From an uncultured Pseudomonadota bacterium (GTDB taxonomy: Bacteria; Babelota; Babeliae; Babelales; JAUPTZ01), in contig CAYSBJ010000003.1 in the NCBI GenBank assembly GCA_964429275.1, positions 64,906-128,905 on the forward strand: a stretch of DNA of 64,000 bases. Reading direction: 5' to 3'. Shown one piece after another: positions 42,293-51,980 of the stretch (the first letter of the stretch is position 1; every line of letters begins with the position of its first letter). The position numbers and the translations under genes were made by a program. The notes beneath the pieces were generated by a model. It ran no database searches. It was not told the DNA's origin and was given only the letters and a program-made list of their open reading frames with translations.

Positions 42293-44302
42293 ATGTCATT
42301 GAAGAAAACCTTCTACATCACCACACCAATCTACTACGTAAACGCGAAGCCACACATTGGTACTTTGTATTCAACATTGCTTGCCGACGTGCTTGCACGA
42401 TGGCAACGATTTAATGGTAAGGAGGTGTACTTCCTTACTGGTACCGATGAGCATGGCCAGAAAATTGCGCAGCAAGCTGCTGTTGCTGAAATGGCACCGC
42501 AGCAGTTCGTTGATCAAATGATTCCTGCATTTCAGGCGGTGTGGCAGCGTTATGAATTGTCGTACGATCGATTTATTCGTACAACAGAATTGGCGCATAA
42601 GCAAACGGTAGTCCGATGGATTGATCAGTTGATCGCCAAGGGAGATATTTACAAAGCTCGCTATGAAGGTTTGTATTGTGTGCCATGTGAAACGTTTGTG
42701 ACACAAGAGCAGGCGTTGCCGGGTGAAGATGCGCCTTTGTGTCCAAGTTGTACTCGCGGTTTGCAAAAAATTAGTGAAGAAAATTACTTCTTCAAGCTGT
42801 CTGCGTATCAAGAGCGGCTTTTGGCTTTTTATGAGCAGAACCCGAATTTTATTCATCCTAAAGAGCGCATTAATGAGATCTTGTCTTTTGTAAAAGGAGG
42901 GCTCAAAGACCTCAGTATTTCGCGTCGTACGGTGGAATGGGGTATTCCATTCCCGAGTGATCCTGAGCACACCGTGTACGTCTGGGGGGATGCTCTCATG
43001 AACTATGTGAGTGGGCTTGGTTACTTGCACACGGGGCCGGACGCGGGCACTCGTTTTGCTCAATTTTGGCCGGCCGATGTGCAGGTGATGGCAAAGGATA
43101 TTGTAAAGTTTCATGCCGTCTATTTTCCCGCTTTTTTGATGGCGGTTGGTGTACAGCCGGCGCGTCGGTTGTTAGTGCATGGCTATTTGCTTGTTGATAA
43201 CAATAAAATGTCAAAATCAAAAGGAAATGCACTTGATCCAGTTGAGCTTGCAGACCAGTTTGGCGTTGATCAAATTCGCTTTTATTTAGTCCGCCATATG
43301 CCAACCAATCATGACGGGAACATTAGTATTCCTGATATTGTGAGTCGTATTGAAAGTGATTTAGCAAACAACCTTGGTAACCTATTGCAGCGGGCAGCGT
43401 CTCTGGCGCTGAAGTATAGTGCGACAGAAATTGTGCCGCAAAAAAAATGGTCAGAGCACAGTATGGCTTTGCGTGAAGCGTGCATGGAAATGCTTAGTGA
43501 GTTTCAGGTGCTTATGGATGGTTTGCAGATGTCGCAAGCTTATGGTGCGTTGTGGGCTTTTATTACGAAAGTAAACGTTTACTTTCATGAAATGGAGCCG
43601 TGGAAAAAAGCGAAAGAAGATCCTGCTCATTTTGCAGAAACACTTGCTGCAGCTGCACAAAGCTTGTATATCGTTGGGCACTTAATTAGTCCGGTTATGC
43701 CGTATAAGTCAAAGCAGTTATTAGCTTCTCTTGGTCATACGTTGATGGCGAAAAAAGAGGCAGTTTTTGCCTGTGCGTGGAATGTACCATGCACCTATTT
43801 TGTACCGCGTGAGCCATTGTTTGTTCGCCCGGAATTACCAGATATGTATAAGACGGCTGAAGTAGTGGCGGAGATCGCAGCTGCGTCGGCGAAGCCTGCG
43901 GCACTCAAAGTTGCTGCCACCTCGAGTGATGTCGCGAAGAAAGAAGGCTTGCCCGCCGAAACGTTAGCGAAGGAGGGCCTGATTACTATTGACGATCTTA
44001 TCAAAGTTGAGTTGGTGGTAGGGCGTATCGTTTCCTGTGTTCGTGTGGAAAAATCAGACAAGATGCTGTGCATGCAAGTTGACTTAGGTAGTTACGGCAA
44101 TCGTCAGATTTTGGCTGGCGTTGGCCAGTCGTTTACTCCAGAACAACTTGCCGGTCGTTCTGCTCTTTTTGTGGCAAATTTACCACCGCGCAAAATGATG
44201 GGCATGCTTTCACAGGGTATGATGTTGGTTGCCAAGCAGGATGAGAAAATATCGCTTGTGAGTGTTGATGAGGCTATTTTGCCGGGTGCTCGACTCTGCT
44301 AG
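42293..44302 (+). CDS. metG: methionine--tRNA ligase with a C-terminal tRNA-binding (EMAP-like) domain
   Basis: HIGH 'KPHIGTLYS', KMSKS 'KMSKSKGN', a Zn knuckle 'CVPCE..CPSC', and C-terminal 'KVELVVGRIVSCVRVEKSDKMLCMQVDLG'. Confidence 0.95.
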   Translation: MSLKKTFYITTPIYYVNAKPHIGTLYSTLLADVLARWQRFNGKEVYFLTGTDEHGQKIAQQAAVAEMAPQQFVDQMIPAFQAVWQRYELSYDRFIRTTELAHKQTVVRWIDQLIAKGDIYKARYEGLYCVPCETFVTQEQALPGEDAPLCPSCTRGLQKISEENYFFKLSAYQERLLAFYEQNPNFIHPKERINEILSFVKGGLKDLSISRRTVEWGIPFPSDPEHTVYVWGDALMNYVSGLGYLHTGPDAGTRFAQFWPADVQVMAKDIVKFHAVYFPAFLMAVGVQPARRLLVHGYLLVDNNKMSKSKGNALDPVELADQFGVDQIRFYLVRHMPTNHDGNISIPDIVSRIESDLANNLGNLLQRAASLALKYSATEIVPQKKWSEHSMALREACMEMLSEFQVLMDGLQMSQAYGALWAFITKVNVYFHEMEPWKKAKEDPAHFAETLAAAAQSLYIVGHLISPVMPYKSKQLLASLGHTLMAKKEAVFACAWNVPCTYFVPREPLFVRPELPDMYKTAEVVAEIAAASAKPAALKVAATSSDVAKKEGLPAETLAKEGLITIDDLIKVELVVGRIVSCVRVEKSDKMLCMQVDLGSYGNRQILAGVGQSFTPEQLAGRSALFVANLPPRKMMGMLSQGMMLVAKQDEKISLVSVDEAILPGARLC

Positions 44303-44428
44303 TAGAATGCTCCTTTTGCTTGCCAAAAGAGTTGTTTCGTTTTCTGCTTGATGCCGTTTTGTTACTATGGACATGGGGACTTTTGTCCCGCGCCGTTAGT
44401 TTTTTAGTTGTAATTATGGGCATGTCAG

Positions 44429-45829
44429 ATGAGACATTTGTTTTTTTGTGCAGTCGTGATCATGTGCATCCAGGCGCCGATGGCTATTTGTTCGGCAACT
44501 GCCCCTTCTCGGCCACGGCTTTTAAGTAAATGCTCCCTCACGCTCGGAGCATTGGCTTTGCTTGGCGTGGCGGTGCACAAATTGAATGGCGGCGATGTTG
44601 TGCGTAGAGCACGGGCTTTGAAGCGTATTAAACTGGCATCGCTCCTGGCAATTATAGGTGGTGGAGTAGGTCTTATAGCCACGAGTGAGAGTTCGCCTAT
44701 GGATGAACAAGAGGCTAGCCCGTTATTGAGAGAGCCTGGCGTTATAGTAAGTGCTCCGACCGTAGAACACGAACCGCTTCCTCAGGTAGTTAACTTTAGA
44801 AAGGATGTTGAGGTGGTGGAGGGTCCTGTGGTTGAAACTGTTGCTTTGACTATAGAACAGGAAAAACCCAAAGAAATATTGGTACCCGCAGTTGACCCTG
44901 GCGTGCGTGCCTATCGTATACAATTTGTGAGCAACATATTAAAGAACTCTCGGTTGAGTGATTGTCAAAAGCGGGATGCCATAAAGCTGCAACTGCCTTT
45001 ATTGCTTACTTCGTATGATTCCTCCACGCCTGAAGAGACAGGGTATACTGCTATAGCCGGCTATTATACGGCATTAGCTTCTCACGAAGAAAAGGAGGCC
45101 ATAGTTCGTGTCGTAGGGCCGTTAGTAGCGCTCGATAAACCCGAAGAAGTGAGAAAAGGCGACCCTCTTCAAAAATTAGAGCCGCTGGCGAAATCGGATG
45201 TTGAATTTGCTTTTCGCAGCGTGGAAGCGCAAGGCCCTAAGCCGACAGAGGCTGAAGTCTTCATCATGGCACGAATAATTGGCCAACTTATTGTTGCGCA
45301 GAGGGAGGGTGTAGTGCCAGCGGATAAGCGTTACTTTGATTTGTATAAAAAGTTTGAAAATAGCGTCAGGAGCCTCACTCGTGATAGCGGAAGGCCCTTG
45401 GAGGATGAACTCAATGATCTTGTGGAGGCTATAGATGGCTACTTTTTGCCCAAATCTTTTGCTTTCCACGCAAAGAGCTTAATAGAAAACCGTGCATGGC
45501 TGCTTAAGTTCGATCAAATTTATGACCGCTTGAAAGCTATTTTGATTCCCTTTTCTTCAAGCCAGATTCGTGGCTTTGCTTTTGATAAAGAGCTTTGCCC
45601 TCAAGTACTAGCTCAAGTTGAGGAATGTTTTAAAGATGAGAGATGGCTTAGAGACGGACATCGTCACATCGATAGATTGTTTGAAAAGCCATCCCAGTTG
45701 TGGGCAGGCAGGATTTCCGTGTGGCAACAAGGTATTCTTCCTGAGCTTTTGGACTACTTCCCAAAAGGGGCTTTCCCTGCGATTGAAGGGTATCATCTGA
45801 ATAATTACTTGCGAAAAAAGGCGTCGTAA
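44429..45829 (+). CDS. hypothetical protein, divergent member of the bilobed-hydrophobic-module family
   Basis: A signal-like N-terminus, then 'LTLGALALLGVAVHKL...RRARALKRIKLASLLAIIGGGVGLIATSES', then an acidic segment. The architecture matches members A-D but sequence identity is weak. Confidence 0.5.
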   Translation: MRHLFFCAVVIMCIQAPMAICSATAPSRPRLLSKCSLTLGALALLGVAVHKLNGGDVVRRARALKRIKLASLLAIIGGGVGLIATSESSPMDEQEASPLLREPGVIVSAPTVEHEPLPQVVNFRKDVEVVEGPVVETVALTIEQEKPKEILVPAVDPGVRAYRIQFVSNILKNSRLSDCQKRDAIKLQLPLLLTSYDSSTPEETGYTAIAGYYTALASHEEKEAIVRVVGPLVALDKPEEVRKGDPLQKLEPLAKSDVEFAFRSVEAQGPKPTEAEVFIMARIIGQLIVAQREGVVPADKRYFDLYKKFENSVRSLTRDSGRPLEDELNDLVEAIDGYFLPKSFAFHAKSLIENRAWLLKFDQIYDRLKAILIPFSSSQIRGFAFDKELCPQVLAQVEECFKDERWLRDGHRHIDRLFEKPSQLWAGRISVWQQGILPELLDYFPKGAFPAIEGYHLNNYLRKKAS

Positions 45830-45858
45830 TTGCAAACTACTGAGCGTCCCTTGCTTGA

Positions 45859-46446
45859 TTACACTTTTCTCATTGCCTGCAGCAAAATATGCAAGTCAGA
45901 TTCTGCAATGGTTGTGATGGCTTGGATTACAACCCATTGAACGGGGTCGTAGGGTGGAGTTGTAAGTGTGCCGTTGTAGTGCCAGCCGGTTGTTTTTTCT
46001 GGAATAAGTGCGCGTGGCGCAAGAGTACAGCTCCCTTCACTACTGGTTGCAAGAGTGGCAAAAAGTGGTTGATAAGAAGTGGTTGTCCGGCTACTGCTTC
46101 CCATGAAAACTCCAATAACTGCATAGTGACCATCTTCTGTTTGGTGCACAAAGTGCCATTCCAGTGTATGACGTAGGCTGTCGATGGTATGTTCGCTTGG
46201 CGCATGTACATGCATCTGGCGAAATTCGTATGTCTCGTTATTAATCGTAACAAATGCTTTTTGTTCATTGAGCGGGGATACCGAGGCAGTGAGTACCGAG
46301 CCGTTAATCGTACTGGTGACGGCAAGGTCAAAAAGCATGTCCTCTGGATAGTTGAAATGAATGTTGGCCCCATGGCTATTTGGTCCACCGGCAATATTGA
46401 TCGGGGAGGTGGAATGCTCGGAAGCAATAAAGTTTTTCTTTTTCAT
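45859..46446 (-). CDS. alpha-class carbonic anhydrase (short form)
   Basis: Zn ligands 'MHVHAPSEHT' (H-x-H) and 'EWHFVH', with 'YNGTLTTPPYDPVQWVV' corresponding to 'Y.GSLTTPPC.E.V.W'. It is only 195 aa, and I recognised no signal peptide. Confidence 0.75.
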   Translation of the reverse strand: MKKKNFIASEHSTSPINIAGGPNSHGANIHFNYPEDMLFDLAVTSTINGSVLTASVSPLNEQKAFVTINNETYEFRQMHVHAPSEHTIDSLRHTLEWHFVHQTEDGHYAVIGVFMGSSSRTTTSYQPLFATLATSSEGSCTLAPRALIPEKTTGWHYNGTLTTPPYDPVQWVVIQAITTIAESDLHILLQAMRKV

Positions 46447-46449
46447 CGC

Positions 46450-47775
46450 CTATTTTCCGCCGCTTGCGTTTCGGTTGCCGCCGGCACCTTGTAAGAGCTT
46501 TGCTTGTTTATAATCAATCATTGCTTCTGGAGAAATCATGAGGCGGTTGAAATGTTCGTATGGCATATTTATAAAGGACTCTACCACTTCCTTATAAAGC
46601 TCTTTTTCTTTTAAGTGGTTCCATACGTGTTCATTGGAGGTTATAAAGGCGGTCTTCTGCCGACAATTGGTAGCATGGAAGAGGATTTCAAATTTTTCCC
46701 GTGGGATCATGATGTCATCTTTTCCGTGGATAAAGAGGATTGGCATATTTTCTCGTAGAAGGGGGGCATAGTCGAGCACCGATACAGAGTTAAAGTCGAG
46801 GCCAAATAGTCGCTCAGCCAGCCATACGACTGATTTTTGGAACCAGCGTTGTTGTACTAACCAGTTTCGCTCCCATTTGCTGTGTCGTTGCGGACGAGGC
46901 ATCATGCCCGGATCTTTTGATAGAATATCAACCGCATCACGAAGTGAAAACCAGCAACCGTCAACGATTAATTTGGTAAAGAGGTTTGGATGCAGAGCAG
47001 CCGTTTTAATAAGAATAAGGCCGGAATAACACAGTCCAAGGCCAATAACATTAGTGTACTTTTTCATACGGCAGGCTTGGCTGACGATGGCAAACACGTC
47101 TTTTTCTTCACTAAGACCGAGGCGTACTGCCTTACGGTCGATACCAATAAGTATCTCAGAAGGAGAGCGCCAGGTTTTTGGCTTACCCCACTTGCGTTCT
47201 TTGAAGCCATGACCACGGTAATCATAGAAGAGGACGTCGTAACCGCTGAAAAGGTCGCCCATTGGGGCCATTTGCTCACGGTAGTTGGTAAATCCAGCAC
47301 CAACAACAAGTAGCGTTGAGCTGTTTCGATTTAAGAGTGTACCTTCAATAACGATACCATCGCTGGTGACTGCCGAGAGAGTCGAGCCAGATTCTTTACC
47401 GTCTTTGGACGCTTTGAGTTGGAGAGATCTGACTTTTGCCGGGTTCTGAAGAAGGGAGAAGTCACGGTAATATGTGGTATTTTGCAGATATCCGTTCTGC
47501 TGGAGGGCTATGTTTTCTATTTCAACTGGCAGCTGACAGGAGTGTTTTCCCAAGATTGGGCTGTAAATCTCATGTTTAAACTTATAGGTGAAGGGCTGGT
47601 CGTTCGGAGCAAGATGGTATTTATGGAGGAGGGCGTTGACGTAGTGCTGCTGAGCGCTGGCGTCCATAGGTTCGGCAACTTTTTCTGGCTCAATTTTGTT
47701 TGCCATAATGGCGGCAGAGAGGAGGGGTAGTGTGAGAGTAATAACGACAATAAAGGGTCGCCGGTGCTGACTCAT
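46450..47775 (-). CDS. secreted alpha/beta-fold hydrolase with Cys at the nucleophile elbow
   Basis: Signal peptide 'FIVVITLTLPLLSAAIMA'. The elbow 'GLGLCYSG' fits Sm-x-Cys-x-Sm. The acid is in 'FIHGKDDIMIP' and the His in 'SNEHVWNH'. The start was moved to the ATG at 47775. Confidence 0.65.
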   Translation of the reverse strand: MSQHRRPFIVVITLTLPLLSAAIMANKIEPEKVAEPMDASAQQHYVNALLHKYHLAPNDQPFTYKFKHEIYSPILGKHSCQLPVEIENIALQQNGYLQNTTYYRDFSLLQNPAKVRSLQLKASKDGKESGSTLSAVTSDGIVIEGTLLNRNSSTLLVVGAGFTNYREQMAPMGDLFSGYDVLFYDYRGHGFKERKWGKPKTWRSPSEILIGIDRKAVRLGLSEEKDVFAIVSQACRMKKYTNVIGLGLCYSGLILIKTAALHPNLFTKLIVDGCWFSLRDAVDILSKDPGMMPRPQRHSKWERNWLVQQRWFQKSVVWLAERLFGLDFNSVSVLDYAPLLRENMPILFIHGKDDIMIPREKFEILFHATNCRQKTAFITSNEHVWNHLKEKELYKEVVESFINMPYEHFNRLMISPEAMIDYKQAKLLQGAGGNRNASGGK

Positions 47776-47910
47776 AACAAACCTTTCTTTGTTTGGTAGG
47801 CATCGAATAAGATACATAAAAATTAGATGGATATGTGTTGAGTATACACATCAGTTTCAAAAAAGGGTAGTCCTGACAATGTTTTGAGGGTGGGGAAGGG
47901 TTTGTCCCTC

Positions 47911-48471
47911 CTATGTTTCAGCGATGAGAGCGGTGCAAAGGGCGGTAAGGCTTTGCATTCTTTGAGCTAATGGCGCTTCGGTGTGGGATTTTATTTGAGT
48001 TTTGATCACTGCCATGGCAGTAGTTTCTTTCTCAAAAAGATACATATATTTTTCACAATCATCTACGGTCCTTGAAAATTCATCCCAGTAGGGCCCTGAT
48101 GCAGGGTCTGATTCGAGAAGAGTAGCAATAGTACTTAGAATGGCCATGGTAAGTGTTTTATGGAGTTGAATGCTTAATTTGGGGAGGCAGGTGTGGAGTG
48201 TGGGGAGATCATATACTTTGAGCGGTTTGCATAGGGCTTTCTGGATAGCTTCCAGTATTTCTTGTGAGCATTCAAGGGTATGTAAAGTGCCAGCGTCGAT
48301 GCCTTTAAGGACTGCGTTGAAAGCGCGTAAATGTCGAGAGCTTGGATCGTGTGCGATGGTTTGACAGTGGACCAGAATGGATTCCTTTGTTGGAGCATCC
48401 ATTCCCTGTAGGAAATTGCCGAGCAAAAAGGGACTGGTTGTGACGAGCAGTACAATAAATTTTATGGTCAT
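47911..48471 (-). CDS. hypothetical secreted protein
   Basis: 186-aa ORF with signal-like 'MTIKFIVLLVTTSPFLLGNFLQG'. No recognisable family. Confidence 0.45.
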   Translation of the reverse strand: MTIKFIVLLVTTSPFLLGNFLQGMDAPTKESILVHCQTIAHDPSSRHLRAFNAVLKGIDAGTLHTLECSQEILEAIQKALCKPLKVYDLPTLHTCLPKLSIQLHKTLTMAILSTIATLLESDPASGPYWDEFSRTVDDCEKYMYLFEKETTAMAVIKTQIKSHTEAPLAQRMQSLTALCTALIAET

Positions 48472-48591
48472 GGGATTTTCTTTTTATGGGGCATGCCGTG
48501 TTGTGGCCGTAGAGGGGCGCATGTTATCGCAGCAGGGCCTCTTCTGTAAAGCAAAAGTGGAGCAAAATTGATTGCTCTTGCTGTTTTTGTC

Positions 48592-48630
48592 TTTAAAAAG
48601 AAGAGGCGCCATCAAGCAGATGGCGCCTCT
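48592..48630 (-). terminator. rho-independent terminator after 48644..49039
   Basis: On the minus strand, agaggcgccatc-tgctt-gatggcgcctct is followed by tcttttt. Confidence 0.75.
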
Positions 48631-48643
48631 TTGTATTTCGAGG

Positions 48644-49039
48644 TTATTTATTGAAGCATAAGGCGCGCGGTGACGGTTTCAAGCCATCGAGGAGCGCTAC
48701 TGCTACTTCGTGATAATTGCCGGCATCGGACAGCTCCAAGTCTTCGTACAAATCAAGATGCCCTGTGTTGTCTTTGGCGGCTTCTAGTTCTGTCTGTTCA
48801 GCTTCTGCTTCTGTTTCATGATAGGTTGACTTGAGTTCTGCCAGCAGTGCGGTAACCGCTTTTTTGCGAGCCTTTGAGCCTTCTTCGCTGGCGTCAAAGT
48901 TGTCAACAATGATTATCTTACTAGCAAGTTCATTGCCGGCGTGTCTAGGCAACTCGCTCGGTGTTGCGAAGAGTGGCTGAGTACATACGGCGATCAACGC
49001 ACCGGCAAGGAGCGACGGTTGTCTGGCAAATACTACCAT
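48644..49039 (-). CDS. hypothetical acidic secreted protein
   Basis: 131-aa ORF with a signal peptide 'SLLAGALIAVCTQPLFA' and a Glu/Asp-rich body. Confidence 0.45.
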   Translation of the reverse strand: MVVFARQPSLLAGALIAVCTQPLFATPSELPRHAGNELASKIIIVDNFDASEEGSKARKKAVTALLAELKSTYHETEAEAEQTELEAAKDNTGHLDLYEDLELSDAGNYHEVAVALLDGLKPSPRALCFNK

Positions 49040-49303
49040 AATAATTTCCTTTCAATAGAGGTTTATTCTCTAGGCGCAGCGCTGTAAGCGTTAAGACCAA
49101 AGCCTGCGCAGGCAAAGCCTAGCGCATTGTGGGGTGCAACGCAAACTCAGAAATCCTCATTGATTTTTCCTCTAATTACTTTAGGATATTTGCTTAATAT
49201 TGAATATAATATGGGGATATTTGCTTGTTTTTATGTACGTACGAGTTTTTACGTAAAAGCAAGGCTAAGTATCTTTCTTAGGGTATATAATGAGGACTGG
49301 AGT

Positions 49304-50215
49304 ATGCAGAAAGTTATTAGATATACGTATAAGCTGATTTTTATTATTGCTGGGCTTGTCTGTTTAAGCGGGTTCAATACGTTACGAGGGGCCGACCATA
49401 GAGTAGCCGTGGCCAATTTTAAAAAAAAAATTACGTCTTTGGTTAATTTAGCGAGTCAGTATAAGAGGGCCTTTAAGGCTGCAGGAAGTAAGACGGCAAA
49501 AGCAAATTTTTTCACTCCTAATTTACACAAATTAGCACAGGAATTGTTGAAGGACTTTCCTGCAGATCGTGTTAAAAGCTTGCGTTTATCTCCGTCTGAG
49601 CAAAAAGAAATTATTAGAAAAATATTTTTAACGTTTATCATTTTTAAAAAGAGAAGTAACAACTCTCAATGTGATAAGCCTGACAAAATAGCAGAATCTA
49701 TACGATATAAATTAGTTGAGTACTGCTTTGACGCGTTTTCTTTTGATGATGACGAGTGCGAAGAGAAGAATGAGGTTGGTTTTATTGTCAAGCTTTTTCT
49801 GAAGAGCGACAGTCGGACTACCCGCGCGTCATTGTTTTTGCTGGCCGCCATGAATAATTGTTTGAGCCGGCCTTCTATTAAGAATTGTCCAAGAAAAGAG
49901 GAGGCTTTGAGTTTTTGTTCTACTCGTTTGGCGTGGGTTGAGGGCCATCGAGTTGCTTGCTCCCCTCTTACACAAGCAGCGGGGCCCGACGTGGTACCGG
50001 CGGAAGCTTGCTCCCCTCTTACACAAGCAGCGGGGCCTGACGTGGTACCGGCGAAAGATGGCGTTGAGTGTGATGTTGGACTGGACGGAGTTGACTTGAC
50101 AGATGAAGCTCTTCTGTCAGTGTTTAGTGATGAATATGTCCCGGTGCAGGTAGACCCTGTACGTAAGTCAAGCAGGAAGAAGAGGCGGACTCTTGGCTGG
50201 ACGGAGGCGCCCTAG
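49304..50215 (+). CDS. hypothetical secreted protein with a 17-aa tandem repeat
   Basis: The start was moved to the ATG at 49304 (MQKVIRYTYKLIFIIAGLVCLSG). It contains two 51-bp tandem copies (49955-50056) encoding 'ACSPLTQAAGPDVVPA(E/K)'. Confidence 0.5.
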   Translation: MQKVIRYTYKLIFIIAGLVCLSGFNTLRGADHRVAVANFKKKITSLVNLASQYKRAFKAAGSKTAKANFFTPNLHKLAQELLKDFPADRVKSLRLSPSEQKEIIRKIFLTFIIFKKRSNNSQCDKPDKIAESIRYKLVEYCFDAFSFDDDECEEKNEVGFIVKLFLKSDSRTTRASLFLLAAMNNCLSRPSIKNCPRKEEALSFCSTRLAWVEGHRVACSPLTQAAGPDVVPAEACSPLTQAAGPDVVPAKDGVECDVGLDGVDLTDEALLSVFSDEYVPVQVDPVRKSSRKKRRTLGWTEAP

Positions 50216-50256
50216 CTGGTTGATGAGTTGGGTAATTCCAGCTAGACTGATCCTGT

Positions 50257-51525
50257 ATGATGAAAGAAAAAGTACTATCAACCCCTTTATCTCGGTATTT
50301 TCCGGCGCTTGTTTCCTCAGATGAGGCCGGCGGGAAGTGTTATTTTGACAGTGCTGCAACCGCCTGCACGGTGGCTCCTGTGATTGAAGCGATGACTGCT
50401 TTCTACGAACAGGCGCGCGGCAGCGTACATCGTGGTGTATATGAAAGTGCTGAGCGCACGACGAGTCACTTTGAACAGGTCCGGCAAGATGTTGCAGAAT
50501 TCATAAATGCTCAATCAAGTAACGAAATAATTTTTACTTCCGGTGCAACGGATAGCCTTAATACCGTAGCGTACGTATGGGCCCAGCATATTTTGGAGCC
50601 GGGGGACGGTATTATCATTACTCAAGCAGAACACCACGCTCACTATGTCTTGTGGCATGAAGTGGCTCGTCGCCTGGGCGCCCATGTGTATGTTTTGCCG
50701 ATTGATCCTGGCACCTATTGTGTAGATATTTCTGCTCTTGATCATATTCTTACTAAATCAATCAAAATTTTTGCGGCTACTACCAGTTCCAATGTGCTTG
50801 GTCCCATTTGGGGAGTGGGTGATAGTCTCCTTCATCGCGCTATTGCCAAAGTACGCGCACAAGGAGTTGGGGTAGTTCTTGATGCCGCTCAAACAGTAGC
50901 GCACCAGCCGATCAATGTTGAAAAATTGGACTGTGACTTTCTTGCTTTTTCGGTGCACAAAATGGGCGGACCAACCGGGCTTGGTATTCTGTATGCTTGC
51001 AAGAGTATGCATAAGCACATGAAACCCTATCGGTTTGGTGGCGGAATGGTTGCTGCGGTGACCAGTGAGTTTATGACCTGGCAAGCGGCCCCGCATTGTT
51101 ATGAGGCCGGTACGCCGCCAATTGCGCAGGTAGTTGGTCTGGGAGCGCTTCTTAAGTTCTATAAAGAAAAGGTAGATTTTCCAGGGCTCAAAGAGACAGA
51201 GGCTGCCTTGTGCGCTCAGTTGATACGTGGTCTCAAAACTATCCCTGGTCTTCACATTGTAGGGAATGCCGACCTACTTTCTCGCGAAGGGCATGTAGTG
51301 AGTTTTTATTTAGACGATATTCATGCACATGACTTGGCCTCAAGTCTTGGTCAATATGGATGCGCAGTGCGTGCCGGTGACCATTGTGCACAGCCGCTGT
51401 CTGCTCTCTGGGGCAAAAAAGCTACCGTACGTGCGAGCTTCTTTATGTATAATTCTGCTGCGCAAGTGCAGCGTCTTATTTGTGCGATAGAAGGATGCGT
51501 CGCTCAATGGCGAAAGCTTTTATGA
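50257..51525 (+). CDS. sufS: cysteine desulfurase, SufS/class V aminotransferase
   Basis: PLP lysine in 'FSVHKMGGPTGLGILY' and the active-site Cys in 'RAGDHCAQPL'. It is followed by sufU with an ATGA overlap. Confidence 0.9.
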   Translation: MMKEKVLSTPLSRYFPALVSSDEAGGKCYFDSAATACTVAPVIEAMTAFYEQARGSVHRGVYESAERTTSHFEQVRQDVAEFINAQSSNEIIFTSGATDSLNTVAYVWAQHILEPGDGIIITQAEHHAHYVLWHEVARRLGAHVYVLPIDPGTYCVDISALDHILTKSIKIFAATTSSNVLGPIWGVGDSLLHRAIAKVRAQGVGVVLDAAQTVAHQPINVEKLDCDFLAFSVHKMGGPTGLGILYACKSMHKHMKPYRFGGGMVAAVTSEFMTWQAAPHCYEAGTPPIAQVVGLGALLKFYKEKVDFPGLKETEAALCAQLIRGLKTIPGLHIVGNADLLSREGHVVSFYLDDIHAHDLASSLGQYGCAVRAGDHCAQPLSALWGKKATVRASFFMYNSAAQVQRLICAIEGCVAQWRKLL

Positions 51526-51890
51526 CAGGTGCCATGTTAGTACATGATGAACTGATCGATCACTATAAGTTCCCGCGTCATCGTGGCGAAATCAAAGAGC
51601 CGCATTTTGCAGCAGCGTTATTAAATCAATCATGTGGCGACCGTATATCTGTTACCGGTCGGATGGCTGATGGCGTAATAGCATCGTGCGCGTTTCAAGG
51701 CGAAGGATGTGTTCTGAGTCAAGCGGCAGCGTCGATGTTAATGGAGTATATTCATGGTAAATCGCCGGCAGATATTGCCGCTATTGATGCTGCCTATATG
51801 CAAGCTCGTGTTGGCGTAACTGTGGGGCCCACGCGACTTCGCTGCGTTCTATTGGCTCTTGAGACGCTGAGAAAAGCGCTGACGCCGTAG
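51522..51890 (+). CDS. sufU: SufU/IscU-like Fe-S cluster scaffold/sulfur acceptor
   Basis: Three conserved Cys residues in 'NQSCGD', 'GEGCVLSQAAASM' and 'RLRCVLLALETL'. Confidence 0.85.
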   Translation: MTGAMLVHDELIDHYKFPRHRGEIKEPHFAAALLNQSCGDRISVTGRMADGVIASCAFQGEGCVLSQAAASMLMEYIHGKSPADIAAIDAAYMQARVGVTVGPTRLRCVLLALETLRKALTP

Positions 51891-51980
51891 CGCCCGAGTT
51901 TCTTTCCTGCTATGATTCACGCTCACAATAGTCAAAGACTATACTTACAGTAAATGTATTTTCATATGTTGGAGTGCCTT

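Noticed and set aside
42371-43114. Long antisense ORFs within well-supported genes. The clearest is the 247-aa ORF opposite metG. Others are 21254..21922 opposite rpmE/prfA, 54344..54871 opposite a PQ-loop gene, 45927..46427 inside the carbonic anhydrase gene on the same strand in another frame, 18986..19480 and 19596..20084 opposite effector genes, and 50758..51255 opposite sufS.
   Set aside because: Each lies entirely within a gene that has strong family motifs, either on the other strand or in another frame. Their translations are low-complexity or Arg/Ser/Leu-rich, as expected for shadow ORFs, and none has a recognisable motif or SD.
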